NCBI GenBank assembly: GCA_020891255.1
Contig: BQFW01000015.1
Coordinates: 62,001 to 126,000 of the forward strand
Origin: Entomortierella parvispora E1425
Lineage: Eukaryota; Fungi; Mortierellomycota
Reading direction: 5' to 3'
DNA: 64,000 bases
Shown here one piece after another: positions 50,052 to 61,419 of the stretch; positions within the stretch are counted from its first letter, which is position 1; every line of letters begins with the position of its first letter. The position numbers and the translations under genes are program-made. Under the pieces are notes generated by a model. The model worked only from the letters and a program-made list of their open reading frames with translations, was not told where the DNA came from and did no database searches.

Positions 50052-51718
50052 TGCAACAACTTCAGCAACAAATGCAACAGCAACAGCAGCAGCCACCACG
50101 CTTCACTCCAGCTGCCCATACCCCTCACTTACAGCCTCCTCAACACACAAGATTGCATTCGCGCCAACAATCTCAACCAGATAATACCTCAGCTTCCAAG
50201 CTGCAGTGGCAGCAGCAGTCGTGGGCCAATGCAACTCCCACTTTTTACATGGACAAGGATGTTTTCATGGAGGAGCTTTCCAAGAAATGGAGTTTTTGCC
50301 GACTCTCGGAATTCTTCCAGTGCGTGGACCTAGCATCTGGGATCAGTCACCGCTTCAAATGTGCACTGCTGAAGGAGAGTGCGCTCAAGGAAGAACAGAC
50401 TCGGGCAAAGAAACGTCAACAACAACTTCAGGCGGCACGCTCAACAACGTCTACAACAAAGCCCTTGACCTTCCAGCCTTCAGTACATCCCCTGTCCTCA
50501 GATACAACTGATCCCACCCAGACTGCGGGGGCCATCGCCACCACATCCACCAGCCAAGGCGGTGCCCTTGGCGCGGGAAGAGCAGGAGTGTCTCTGACTC
50601 TTGGAACGAGGACTGCTGTGAACCATGAAAGACCATCGAGCAGTGGAGACAATACCAAAGCATTGGAGACTGTGGCTCAGAGTCACAACCAGGCTAATGC
50701 AGTATTCAACTCTGCGCCTATTGCTCCTGTGCAGGACATGTTTTCAAAGGACGTTCCCCAGTCGCCTGCCGACGAACCCATGGAAGAGAGCGGAGCGAGC
50801 TCTGCTGATGTAGTCTCGACGGCTGTATTTCAAAATAAGAGCCAACCTCTTGGATCCACGTCGTCTTCGCCATCCCCTCACACCCCATTGGATGGCAGCA
50901 TCCGATACCACCCCGTCCAGGGATACGCACATGGAAACTATAGCGACGACATGAACTCGATCCTGAGCCGGGGTTGGGGTTCAGGAGAGGGTGGTCATCA
51001 TAACAGCCACAGTCGATCCCAGACTGTGGACGCCATCATGTCCAACCCATCCCTGTCTCCTTCCTCCTCAGCCGTCTCTTCTCCCATCTCGACTTCTTCC
51101 GCCTCTGCCTCACTTTCCACTTTGACGCTGGCGGATACTGGACGGGAGACGTCCTTGCCTCGACAGAGCTCCCAACAGTTTTTGAACCACCATCATCAAG
51201 AGCAGCATCAGCAGCAGCACCATCAGCATCACCAACAGCAACACCAAGGTCTGTCCAACTATGGGGCGGCCAGTTTTGGATCCCAAGGGCTGTTCAGGAA
51301 CGGACCCAATGCGGCCAACACTTCCTCGACCACTTGTTCCACCTCAGCCTCTGACATGGGACCTTTGGGTTCGGGAGGCGCAACCACCCTGTCCACATCG
51401 TCCTCTGCAGTGTCGCTCTCTAGCCACAACAGTCTCGGCCACCCTCATCGCCAGCCCAATGACAGCTCTTCGGCCAAGCGCAAGAACTCGTTGGGAGTAG
51501 GAAGTCTCACCTCTCCAAACCATTGCTCGGGCTTTGGACCCTCTTCGACCTCTCCTAATGCGCTCCATGCCGCCGATGGATCCTCCCTGTCGTCGTCTTC
51601 GGCCATCTTTCCAGGACCCCGCCGAACAAGCACGAGCGCCAGTACTTCGAACGAAGATCTGAAACGCGTCCGCTGCAGTCGGCAAGGTAGCACCACTTCT
51701 ACTACCTCGGGCCGATAA
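48273..51718 (+). CDS. Hypothetical protein, about 890 aa, with a Trp-periodic helical N-terminal domain and Q/S-rich disordered regions; exons 48273-48336, 49024-49338 and 49425-51718
   Basis: GT-AG introns join in frame. FYTWLRSEDNVLVTASYLQRLAGEYDLERIEHALCWLVHGW is ordered, protein-like sequence. An alternative ATG lies at 48252. Confidence 0.75.
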
Positions 51719-52020
51719 CGAAAAGAAATGAAAAGAAAAAGAAAAAGAAAAAGGAAAACAGAAAAGAGATAGATGACAAATCTTGTTTTTTTTTTTTTTT
51801 GTTTTTTTGCGCTGCTGTTTCTTGTTTGCTTGTTGTCCTTTTTGTCCCCCCTCCGCATCGAAGCATTTGCATCTTCCACCCTATATCCACTCTTCTAATA
51901 ATAAAAAACCATACATTTTGCACAACATGAAAGCCATTCATACATTATCACTGTTTTTGCAATTTCATACTCTATTTTAGCAGCAACACGCGAACGGATC
52001 CCGTAATCTACTATGTCTGG

Positions 52021-55000
52021 TTATCGCCGCTCATGGTTCGCAGCTCCCGAGCCTGTTATTGCCTGAGCGGCATCTGTGGCCACAGCGTCGCCGCTGCTAA
52101 ACAGATTAGAGTCCGTGACCATGGCGACACCTTCCTGGGGGTCATTACTGCGGGCCTGTCGATGGGGGCTTTGGGCCGGGAGTCGACCATGGGCTCCAGC
52201 AATGGAAGTAGAGTCCGAGAGTCCGAGTGCTGTATGTGCATGGCTCTGCTGATCGCAGGCAAACTGGTGGAGCGCGGTCTTGACACGGTCACGGACATCC
52301 AGGTTTTGATCCGCAATCATAATCTTGAGTCGATCTTCCATTCCCATGTTTCTCAAATACACGACACGCTCGTGCACCCCAGCACTGGTCTTCTCATCCT
52401 GCCAGGTAAGGTTGATCACTACCCAGATCGCCGCCACCCGCACGGTGGGAGCCCCGTGGGACATCAATCCCAGGATAGATCGTAGAATAGCATGTCGCTT
52501 CATGATGCTCTGCTTGTGGTATTCACTTCCCGTCGCAATATTGACCAACACGTAGAGGGCCTTTTTTTAAGAACGAAATGTCGGTATGTAAGTTTCAACT
52601 CAGGATTCACCTGGCATAGGTACATTTAACAGCACAACAAAAACTTACCTGCTCCAACAAAAGCGGATGGTCCCATGTGAGCTTCTCCTCAATGATTCCA
52701 AGAAGTTGTCCCTGGCCGAGACCACTAAACACTTGATCGATATCATGCTCCTTTTTGCATGCCAAGTTTCGAATCAGATTCAAGGCCTGTTCCTGAATCG
52801 CAAACTCTCGATCATTGAGCAGCTGCACCAGGTTGTGGTAACCAAACTGTCGCATCACCATTTCCTTGACATCCGAGTCTGCGCCACAGAGCAAGTTCTT
52901 GATCGCCCAAACACAGTTGAGCCTCACAATATTATCGCTCACGCCAATCATCTGCACAAATTTGGCCACTACTCCGCGATCCATGATTGACTTTCGCATC
53001 GCCGACACATCCAGCACAATATTACAGAGCGTCGCCGTGACTGAGCTAAGAACGCCTGGGTCTTTGTCGCTTAGCAACTATAATCATTGACAAGCATAGA
53101 AAGGAGCAAATGTCAAAAGATTGTCTCCCAGCGAAAGAGGAATAAGAAAAGAAAAGGGCCATTATCACTCTACCTGGAACAACGGTCCTTCGATGCCCGC
53201 ATCGACCAGACTCGTTCGCAAGTTCTTTGGGCTCCGTGAAAGACTCCGTATGCACTGGCAAGCAGCGGCTCGAACACCGACAGAAGGATGCGACATGGCC
53301 GTGACAACATGAGGGAGAACCTTGGCATCAATAACCTGCTTTCTGAGCTCATCTCTATTCTGGCTGATGGCAGCCAATGCTAAAAATGAGTTCTATTGTC
53401 AGAAAAAAAAACATGCTGAGTTAGAATGGATGCTCATGTCAAGCATTGTGTAGATCAAGAGGGGTAGCGTCATACCAACTTCAAGGTGTCTTTTTGCCCA
53501 ACGATGCCATAAACACTGTCTTCTTCATCCATTTGACTGATAATGGATGCAAGTTTTGGGATGGCCTCCAAATCGCAAACTGCCTTTTGCATCACCTCGC
53601 TCTCCCAGATCAAATAAGCTATTTCGGCACAAAAAAAGGCAGCGGTCAAAAATTTGTCCTTCATCATGACACAAAGTTGGACGCATCTTTGCCTTACCCA
53701 ACACTTTGGGTGCTCGTTCTTGGACTTTGCCCGTCAACTGCAACATCTTGACGAGAATGGGCAACACTGTGGACATGATCTCGCCACTATGCTCTGGGAT
53801 AACTCCTGCTCTACTCAAATATGCAAGACTAGGCAGTAGAAAGAAACAGGAAACGTCAGTCTAAAAATTTTCTATCCGCAACAGGCGCTACTAGAGAAAA
53901 AGGATATGTTTCGTACCATGTTGCTGCAGCGAGTCTCATGGAAGGTGACTTGTCTCGAACCATCTTGAGAATGAATGGTGCTGGCTTTTCACCCTTTTCC
54001 ACTAAAAAGTTGAGAAGAACAAAGTATTGGTTGATCATGTTCCTGAAGAGACAGCAACATTCATGAACAGTGCCCTTACGCCTTGTTTGTGCAATTCGTC
54101 TTGCTAGTTCTGGGTTGTCTTTTACGAGCGCTGCCAATGCTCCTAGAGCAGCCTCCTGACTCTTTGTTGTTCCAGTGGCGAGCAATCGCATCAGGATCGG
54201 GATGGCCCCGCTGAGGGCAATCTTCATCTGTTGGTCAGGTGTTTCGCAGCATCTGGACAAGATGGAAGCTACTAGTTCAGGAGTATGTATGATCACAAAG
54301 TCCGGTGCCTGCGGGTAATTATTGGAGCTGTACATGTCAAGAAGTTGAACCAACACATGCAGGTGGTTTCCCTAATGTTTCAAGGCCGATGTACATAAAT
54401 GGTCAGATCAGATCGGGTTTGATGTATTTCATCCTTGTCTTTACAAGTTGTCCTTACCATGAACAACTGCTGACGCGAGACATTGGGCGACGCGTAGATG
54501 GCATTCAATGTACGGGAAGCGGCTTCTATCAGTTTTGCATCAGCAGTTGGGTTCAGGCAGTTGAGGAGAGGCTCGATGACCCCAGAGTTGGCTAGGGCTA
54601 AAATATTACTTTCGTTTCCTGCATGGGCGGAGGAAAAAAAATCAGCAAAGTAGTTAGAAGATCAAGTCTTGCGGCATTGTCAGTCAACAATGCAATGTGA
54701 GGAGAGAGGAAGAGAAGGCAGGGTTCAAGACAAACACAGGTCAGCATGGCGACTTACCAAAAGCAAAGCTTCCAAGAACAATAACAGCTTGGATTTTGAG
54801 GACAGAATCCTTGTCCTCTTTTGCTGAAATAATGTCCTGCAACCTAGTGGTGCAGGAGAAGCAAGGGGGAGGAGAAGAAGGGAGCACAAGGGGGGAAAGA
54901 GAGGAGAGAACAAGGTGCATGGTAGACAGGCGAGTGAGTGAGTGGGTACGCGAGCGATTAGGACCATCTTTCCCGATACCACGTCCCGCAAGGGCGCCCT

Positions 55001-55628
55001 TTGCCCTTGTTGTTTGCAAGGGTGCAAATGGTGATTCCAGCGTAATCCACATCAAGGGGACAGAATGCATTGGGATTGAACTGGACTGGACTGGAGAGGA
55101 CAGGACAGTACTGGGCACGAGCCACTGGATGCATCCTGCACGAATGCAATGGCCTGCGTTCTTGCGTGCTTCCGTGCTTGAATGCATGCAATGCATGCAG
55201 CAAGGCAAAGAAGGTCTTGCATCCAAAATGATGTCCGTTCAGAGCCCGTGCATCCCCTCCTCCCCACATTGTCCACCTGGGTTGTGCTTCTCCGTATGAG
55301 CCATGGCTATCGGATTCCTGATCTGCTGTTGGAACTGACACGCTGCGTGTCTCCTGCCTGCCGGTCTGACTTGCTTTCATGCTGATCCACAGCCCTCGTG
55401 TCCATTGGTGGATTGAGCATGATGGTCTGGTTCGCTGGTGGGTGCTTGGAGAAGATTGCCATACCTTGAAACGATGCCTAGCTGGATGTACAGGTCCTTC
55501 TTGGTCTTGTTGCCAATGATGTTGTTCTTGATGAACCGTAACGACTTTATGCGCTCCTGGGGCACAGGTTGGCCTGCACTGCCGGTGCTCAGCTGGGAGA
55601 CCGCCACCTCATGGGGAGTCAACGTCAT
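52021..55628 (-). CDS. ARMC8: Armadillo repeat-containing protein 8 / Gid5 (Vid28) of the GID/CTLH E3 ligase, about 749 aa, 10 exons
   Basis: KSLRFIKNNIIGNKTKK, VRAAACQCIRSLSRSPKNLRTSLVDAGI, TATLCNIVLD, LNCVWAIKNL and QEQALNLIRNL. Exons 55628-55465, 54843-54758, 54618-54458, 54371-54080, 54001-53917, 53828-53698, 53618-53476, 53392-53174, 53077-52649 and 52560-52021 sum to 2250 nt. Confidence 0.92.
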
Positions 55629-55988
55629 TGGAGTAGAGTAGGGAAAGGCCGTGTGGGGACGGGGAAGGACAAGGACGAAAGACAAGAGGAAGGAAGGAAA
55701 GAAGGGAGGGAAGGGAGAAGAAGAGGGAAGGGAGAGAGTAAGGCTGGGCTGTTCTGGGTGGATGTGAATGAGAATGGAATGGACTTTGTGCAAGGAGAAG
55801 GAGGGGGGAGAGAGGGAGAAGAGCAATGCAATCAATGGAAAAGGGACTGGATGGTCTGAAAAGACGCGGAAGGGGTGGATTTGTCTTTTTCTTTTTTTTT
55901 TTTTTTGTTTTCTGTTTCTTGTTTCTTTTTGATGGATGAGGATGGACTGACAAGTGGAGGAAGAGACAAGAACAAGAGAAAGAGGAGC

Positions 55989-55990
<2 letters not shown>

Positions 55991-56024
<34 letters not shown>
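55991..56024. repeat. (AAAG)n microsatellite
   Basis: Read directly from the sequence. Confidence 0.9.
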
Positions 56025-57025
56025 GGACATGCCTGTCATTCATGTGTGTGCCATGTGTGTGTGTGCCCTCCATCCCTGAGACAGTCCAGGAAGAGAGACT
56101 CGTCAGCCGGTGGTCGAGTTGGCTTTGCTGGTCCGTGGGTTGGGTGTTTGACCTGGAGGGACAGAGATGGACGTGGCAGATAGACATGAATGACATGTCA
56201 TGCCATGATGGATAAACAGACAAGGACAGACACGACATGCAGACAGACACTATACATTTACACATACACAACGCACAGCAACCTTTCTTTCTTTCTCGCT
56301 CTGACCTTGCTTTCCTTTCTCGCCATTCCTTGCGTTCACGTCCGACACGCGACGGCGACGCGTCGTGGATCCCTCTTTTTCTTCTCTTCTTCTTTCCTCC
56401 TTTTCTTTCTCTCCCTCCCTTCTTCCCTCCTTCCTTCCTTCTTTCCTTTCTCTTTTTGCCAAAGTGTGCCACGCTACGCCATGCCATACTACACCATGCC
56501 ATACCAGGCCATACCAGGCCATACCACGCTCTCTTATGGATCGACAGTCCTGGTGGCAATGGGGGCTGTCCGCTGCCTTCGCTAGCAGACTCCCTGAGCT
56601 GGTTGACAATGCATGTGCTTGCCTTTCTGGTTCCCATCCGTCCCTTCTTTATCCCCCTCTCCTCTCTCGCCCGCTAGTTCCCCTTGCAGGCCCCTCTCTC
56701 CTCTCACCCGCTAGCTCCCCTTGCAGGCCACTCTCCCGGCTCTTTCCCAGGAGACCATGCTAAATGAAGGAGACGAGACACGTTATCCTCTCTTTTCCTG
56801 TCTTTTTGTCCGCCTTTTGTCCGCCTTCTGCCTCGCTATTATCCACTCGTGTGAGGGCTCTCTCCTTTGTCTGTCCTCTCTTGTCCTGCCCAGGTAAAAC
56901 TCTTTTTTTCCTCGATTTGTTTGATTTACCTCCACTGCAGCCTCACTTGATGTTCAACACAGCGCACTTGGCCCGATTTGACTTTGCTTCCATTCCCTTT
57001 GCTTCTTTTTCTTCCTACCCTCCCC

Positions 57026-59232
57026 ATGTTCGATCTTTCTTCCTTTCCCTTTTTTCTTTTGAGTTTGGGCATCATCGTCCTCCTAAGTTGCTGCACCCCA
57101 CATTTCGTCTAAACTCTTTACGCATCTTGCATAGCTCCCCTACGATCCGGGCACCCAACGCGCTTTTTGTCCTTAACAAACACGCACCTGACCTTGCTCC
57201 AGTACCAACTCCAGTGCTATCTTCACTTTCTCCCCTTCGTCAAACATCTGCAGGCGCCATCTTTTGTCACCCGACTATCGATCCCTGCTTATAAAGCTAG
57301 GGCCATGAATGCACCCGCAGACGTCGACACTCTTTTTCGGATACCGCTGTTCACAGACGGACCATGGGTAAGGATCATCGCTTCTTTCCCCCCTCGTCGA
57401 TCACAATTTTACTCCTCATCGACTATCCTCAAGCACTCACGCGCCACCACTTTATTCTGTTTTTTGTTCCGTTAGTTCTTTGCTCCTGTTCAAATGGGAA
57501 CACCGCCACAGACCTTCAACCTCATGTTCGATACGGGGTCAAGTCTATCCTGGATCCAGACCACGGGTTGTTTGGACTCCCCTACACTTTGCAACAACTC
57601 CCCAAAGTTCAACGCCTCCTCCTCGACCACCATTCGGTTCCAACCAGAGAAAATTGCTGTCAGGTACACAGAGGGGGTCATCAGTACGCAGGTCGTTTCG
57701 GATGTGGTCACTCTCGGCATGTTTTCTACTGCAGGCAGTAGCAACTCGACCGTCCTTTCTAGATCAAATTCTACTGCCTCTGCGACAACAATATCAGCAG
57801 CAGCGACAACACCACCACCGCCACCACCAACAACAAAAACAAAAACGAAAACAACAACAGCGACCACAACAAGTCGTGGTTCGAGAAACACCTCCTATCC
57901 CCACACAACCATGGGCTCAACAAACAACACGTCGAGGGCGACAGCGGCAACAGCAATCACGAGGGACGAAACAATGAAAGAAACGAACGATCAGTTTCGC
58001 AGTATTCGGTCTTTTGGCCTCACAACCGACGTGTCGGGCGATCTGTTTTTATTAACAAAAGAGACCGATGTCTCCGGGTTCTTGGGAGCAAGCCAGAATC
58101 GATTCGAGTCCGAGAGCGGTTCGTAGACCAGGCCTCAGATGCCAATACTGCCGGTCGGCGCCAAACAACAAGTAAACAACAACTTCTAAAAAAAGGCATA
58201 TTTGTTCCCCTTGTCCCCTTTAGATTTTTCCACCCACTTCTTCGCCGACATGGTGCGGGAGTTGCCTCGACCCGTCTTTTCCCTCGCTTTCACAGAAACC
58301 TGGGGGACATTGACGCTTGGAGGACCCGATCCAGCCTTCTTTTCTGAGCCACTGTCCTGGGTCAAGACTCTGCCAGATGAGGCTGGGTGGGTGACCCGTC
58401 TGGCCCCCCGGATCGAGTTGATCCCTTTTGTGCAAGAATCATCCTCTGGTGGTGATGTGGACTATGTCATAACAGACATTGACCGCGTCTGGTTTGATAG
58501 CGGGACGACTTATATTTGGGGTGACGAGAGTGCGATTCGACCCCTGAACGAGTGGATCGGTGCTGACCCTGTTACAGGCCAGGTCGACTGCACTAGCATC
58601 CCCTTCTTGGGCAACATTGTCTTTTCAATCGGAGGTTCAGATGGGGAGACTGAGCTACGGTTAGAATTGAGTCCTACCGATTACATCATTGGCAAGTCCA
58701 CGTCGCGCAAATGCTTTTCAGCCTTAAACATCTCGAGCTCTGGCAAGAACCATTGGATCTTTGGCCTGCAACTCTTACGAGGCTTTTACACTGTCTATCA
58801 CTATGGGTATGGTCTTGTTGGCATTGGTAATGAATGGACCGACCGACGATCTGCTCTGTCTCTCTCTCTCTCTCGCACCCTTTTTGGCATCATCTCGTTT
58901 TGTTTGAAGACCTCCTCCTTCTCTTGCTCCCTTTTCGGCATCATCATGTTGTGTTTGAAGACTTACTCCCCTCTCACACCCTTTTCGGCATCATCTAACC
59001 CCCGAGTTTTTTTTGTTTTGTTTGCAATATAGCACCCTACAACATCACAATCACCAATCCCGTAGGAACGGTGACCTTCCCTGGAAGTCATGCTATACTC
59101 GACAAGGACGTGCAAGAAACCCTGGACAAAATCTCTGCAGAGACGTGCTCTGCTGCAAGAACACCTATCCAGCCCTATTTTTTGTGGTGGCTACTAGGCA
59201 TGGCGTCCGCCATCATGTTCTTCCAACTGTAA
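57026..59232 (+). CDS. Pepsin-family (A1) aspartic protease with a probable GPI signal. Firm exons are 57305-57367, 57476-58118, 58224-58826 and 59033-59232; the signal-peptide exon from 57026 is tentative
   Basis: MGTPPQTFNLMFDTGSSLSW, second catalytic motif VWFDSGTTYIWG, HWIFGLQLLRGFYTVY, and a hydrophobic C-terminus PYFLWWLLGMASAIMFFQL. A candidate signal peptide MFDLSSFPFFLLSLGIIVLLSCC starts at 57026. Confidence 0.88.
58871..58995. repeat. 50-bp imperfect tandem repeat (about 2.5 copies) inside the last protease intron
   Basis: ctct.gc.ccctttt.ggcatcatc starts at 58871, 58921 and 58971. Confidence 0.85.
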
Positions 59233-59280
59233 TATATTGGCGCTGCACATCGCAGCCTGTACATTTTTTAATCGTTTTCT

Positions 59281-60036
59281 TCAAGGCGCTCTAGTCAAAG
59301 GAGGCTGGATGCGCAGGCTTTCGGTCGCCTCGTTCGTAGCTCGCAGGTTATCCAAGAGATGAAAATTGGCCTCTTGCACCTGGCGCAACACTTGGGAAAG
59401 CTTGGTCATGTTCTAGGAACACCAAGGGGGAAAATCTAGTCTGTGAATCCTTTTTCCACTTTGGAAAACTAAGGACTTGTCCTAAGAACAATCATAAGAA
59501 TCTGGCATTTACCTGGCGGGTTGTCTTCATTGTTCCGTCCAAAGTAGCGAATTGTCTGGCGGTTTCCGTGAGGGACTATTGTTATCGGCAGGACATGTTA
59601 TCTAGTTAGAAGGGCCATGTTCGGGACAAGTAGCATCGCGATGGCTGCCTAGAAGAGGTAAACCTACCTCGGGTAACTCGGCGTCTACATTCGCTGCCTG
59701 AGAGATACGATGGAGAATGATAGAAGCGATATGGGGAAAGTGTGAGTGAGAATGAGTGAGAATGAGTGACAACGAGAGCAGCTCTTCATACACATGATTT
59801 GCATCCCCAGACAAGGAAAGGGAAAGATAGGCAGAAGAGAAATAGCTTTGGCCCAAGGAGTGAGTCCCAGGATTCAAGGTGACTTCCCTGCGTCCGATAA
59901 CACTGATAGGACCTTGGTGGCGCCACCACTGACCCTCCGCTCGTACCTTGATCAACCCCGCCAGGTCCTGCACTGTCGACTGGGCCTTGTCCTTGAGCGC
60001 AAGCCGCGAGGCCCAGGTGCCATCGTCGACAAACAT
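59281..60036 (-). CDS. BORCS7: BORCS7-like small coiled-coil protein, 104 aa; exons 60036-59947, 59697-59668, 59575-59513 and 59412-59281
   Basis: Four exons with canonical phase-0 GT-AG introns give MFVDDGTWASRLALKDKAQSTVQDLAGLIKAANVDAELPESLTETARQFATLDGTMKTTRQNMTKLSQVLRQVQEANFHLLDNLRATNEATESLRIQPPLTRAP. Length and pattern resemble animal BORCS7 as recalled, not as searched. Confidence 0.6.
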
Positions 60037-60339
60037 GATGCGAATGAAGATCCTGATTCGTCCGTGGCGGGTAGAGAGGGAGAGGAAGAATGTCAGTAGG
60101 GCGAATGGCAGGGAGGATGGAGCAATGGACGGAAGAAAGGGACACGGTGTCTGTGGAATAGTCGAATCGATCAAAGTGAATGGATGAATGAGAGGTGCAG
60201 CCAGTGGGAACGAAGGTGAGTCAGTTTGGGGAGAGAACACCGCTCAGGACACATGTCTATATAAAAGGGACAGGGCAATGTTCATTCGACTGCATTCATT
60301 CCTCATTTCCTCTCTCACTCTCCTTCCCTTCATTAAACC

Positions 60340-61121
60340 ATGGCCTCTGCTTCCTCTTATACCGTCCGCCCTGCGACCGAGGCTGATGCCGCCCAGATCA
60401 ATGCCATTGTCAACCACGAGATTGGTGTCTCGGTTAACAACTTCAACTACGGTCCTCGCTCGGAGGCCGATGGCTTGCTCTGGCTCAAGAGCACGCTAGC
60501 AGGATACCCTGTTCTGGTCGCTGTCACCACCGTCGATGGCAAGGAGGTCATCGGGGGCTATGCATCCCTGGGAAGCTTCCGTCAAAAGGATGGATACCGG
60601 TTGTATGTCCCCTCCCTTCCCCCGTTGCAACGTCTCTATATGGTCGATCTACTTGTTCTTCTTGGCTGATCTGCCTGCTCTTTTGTTCTTTTCGTGCTAC
60701 GCCCAATTGGTCCAATTCCCAACTAGCACCGCCGAGTACTCCCTCTACATTCACCAAGAGCACCGCAGACGTGGCCTGGGTAGAACCCTTCTCCGTGATC
60801 TCCTTGTCGAGGCCAAGGCCCGTGGATTCCACGCTATCATTGGTAAAAACCACCTCTTGCCTCGATCTCTTGCCTCCTTGCTGTACCCTCGATTAGAAAC
60901 AATGCACTTCCCGATCATTGAATCATTGACCATTTCTTCTTTGTCTTCTCCTCCTTTACTTGACTCTCCTCGCCAACCTTGTAGGAAGCATCAGCGAGGG
61001 CAACGAAGCCAGTCTCCGTCTCGCAGCCGAGTTTGGATTCAGAGTTGTCGGCACCATGAAGGAGAATGGATTCAAGTTTGATCGTTGGATCGATAATACC
61101 TTTGTAGAACTTCTTCTCTAA
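60340..61121 (+). CDS. GNAT N-acetyltransferase of the phosphinothricin acetyltransferase (Pat/YncA) type, 171 aa; exons 60340-60602, 60727-60842 and 60985-61121
   Basis: VRPATEADAAQINAIVNHEI, GYASLGSFRQKDGYRFTAEYSLYIHQEHRRRGLG, NEASLRL and GFKFDRWID. Confidence 0.9.
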
Positions 61122-61419
61122 TCCCTCACCCAACCCCAAGTACATCCTAATAAGAACCCTAATATCCACCTCAAACGCACTTTACCTCTTCAACAAACGA
61201 CAACAAACGGAGGGAAGGAAGGAAGGAAAGGGGGCACCGTTAGATGAAATCTCCCAATCTTCATTTCCGCCCAGCCAATAATTATGACCCTTTGCCTCCC
61301 TCTTTTCTTTGTCAAAAGTCCACATCGTAATTCCTTTCTTTTCGTTCTTTTCACCTTTTCATCTCCTCTCCTCTCCTCTCTCCCTCAGCCATCGCTACCC
61401 TCACTCAAGAAAAAAAGAC

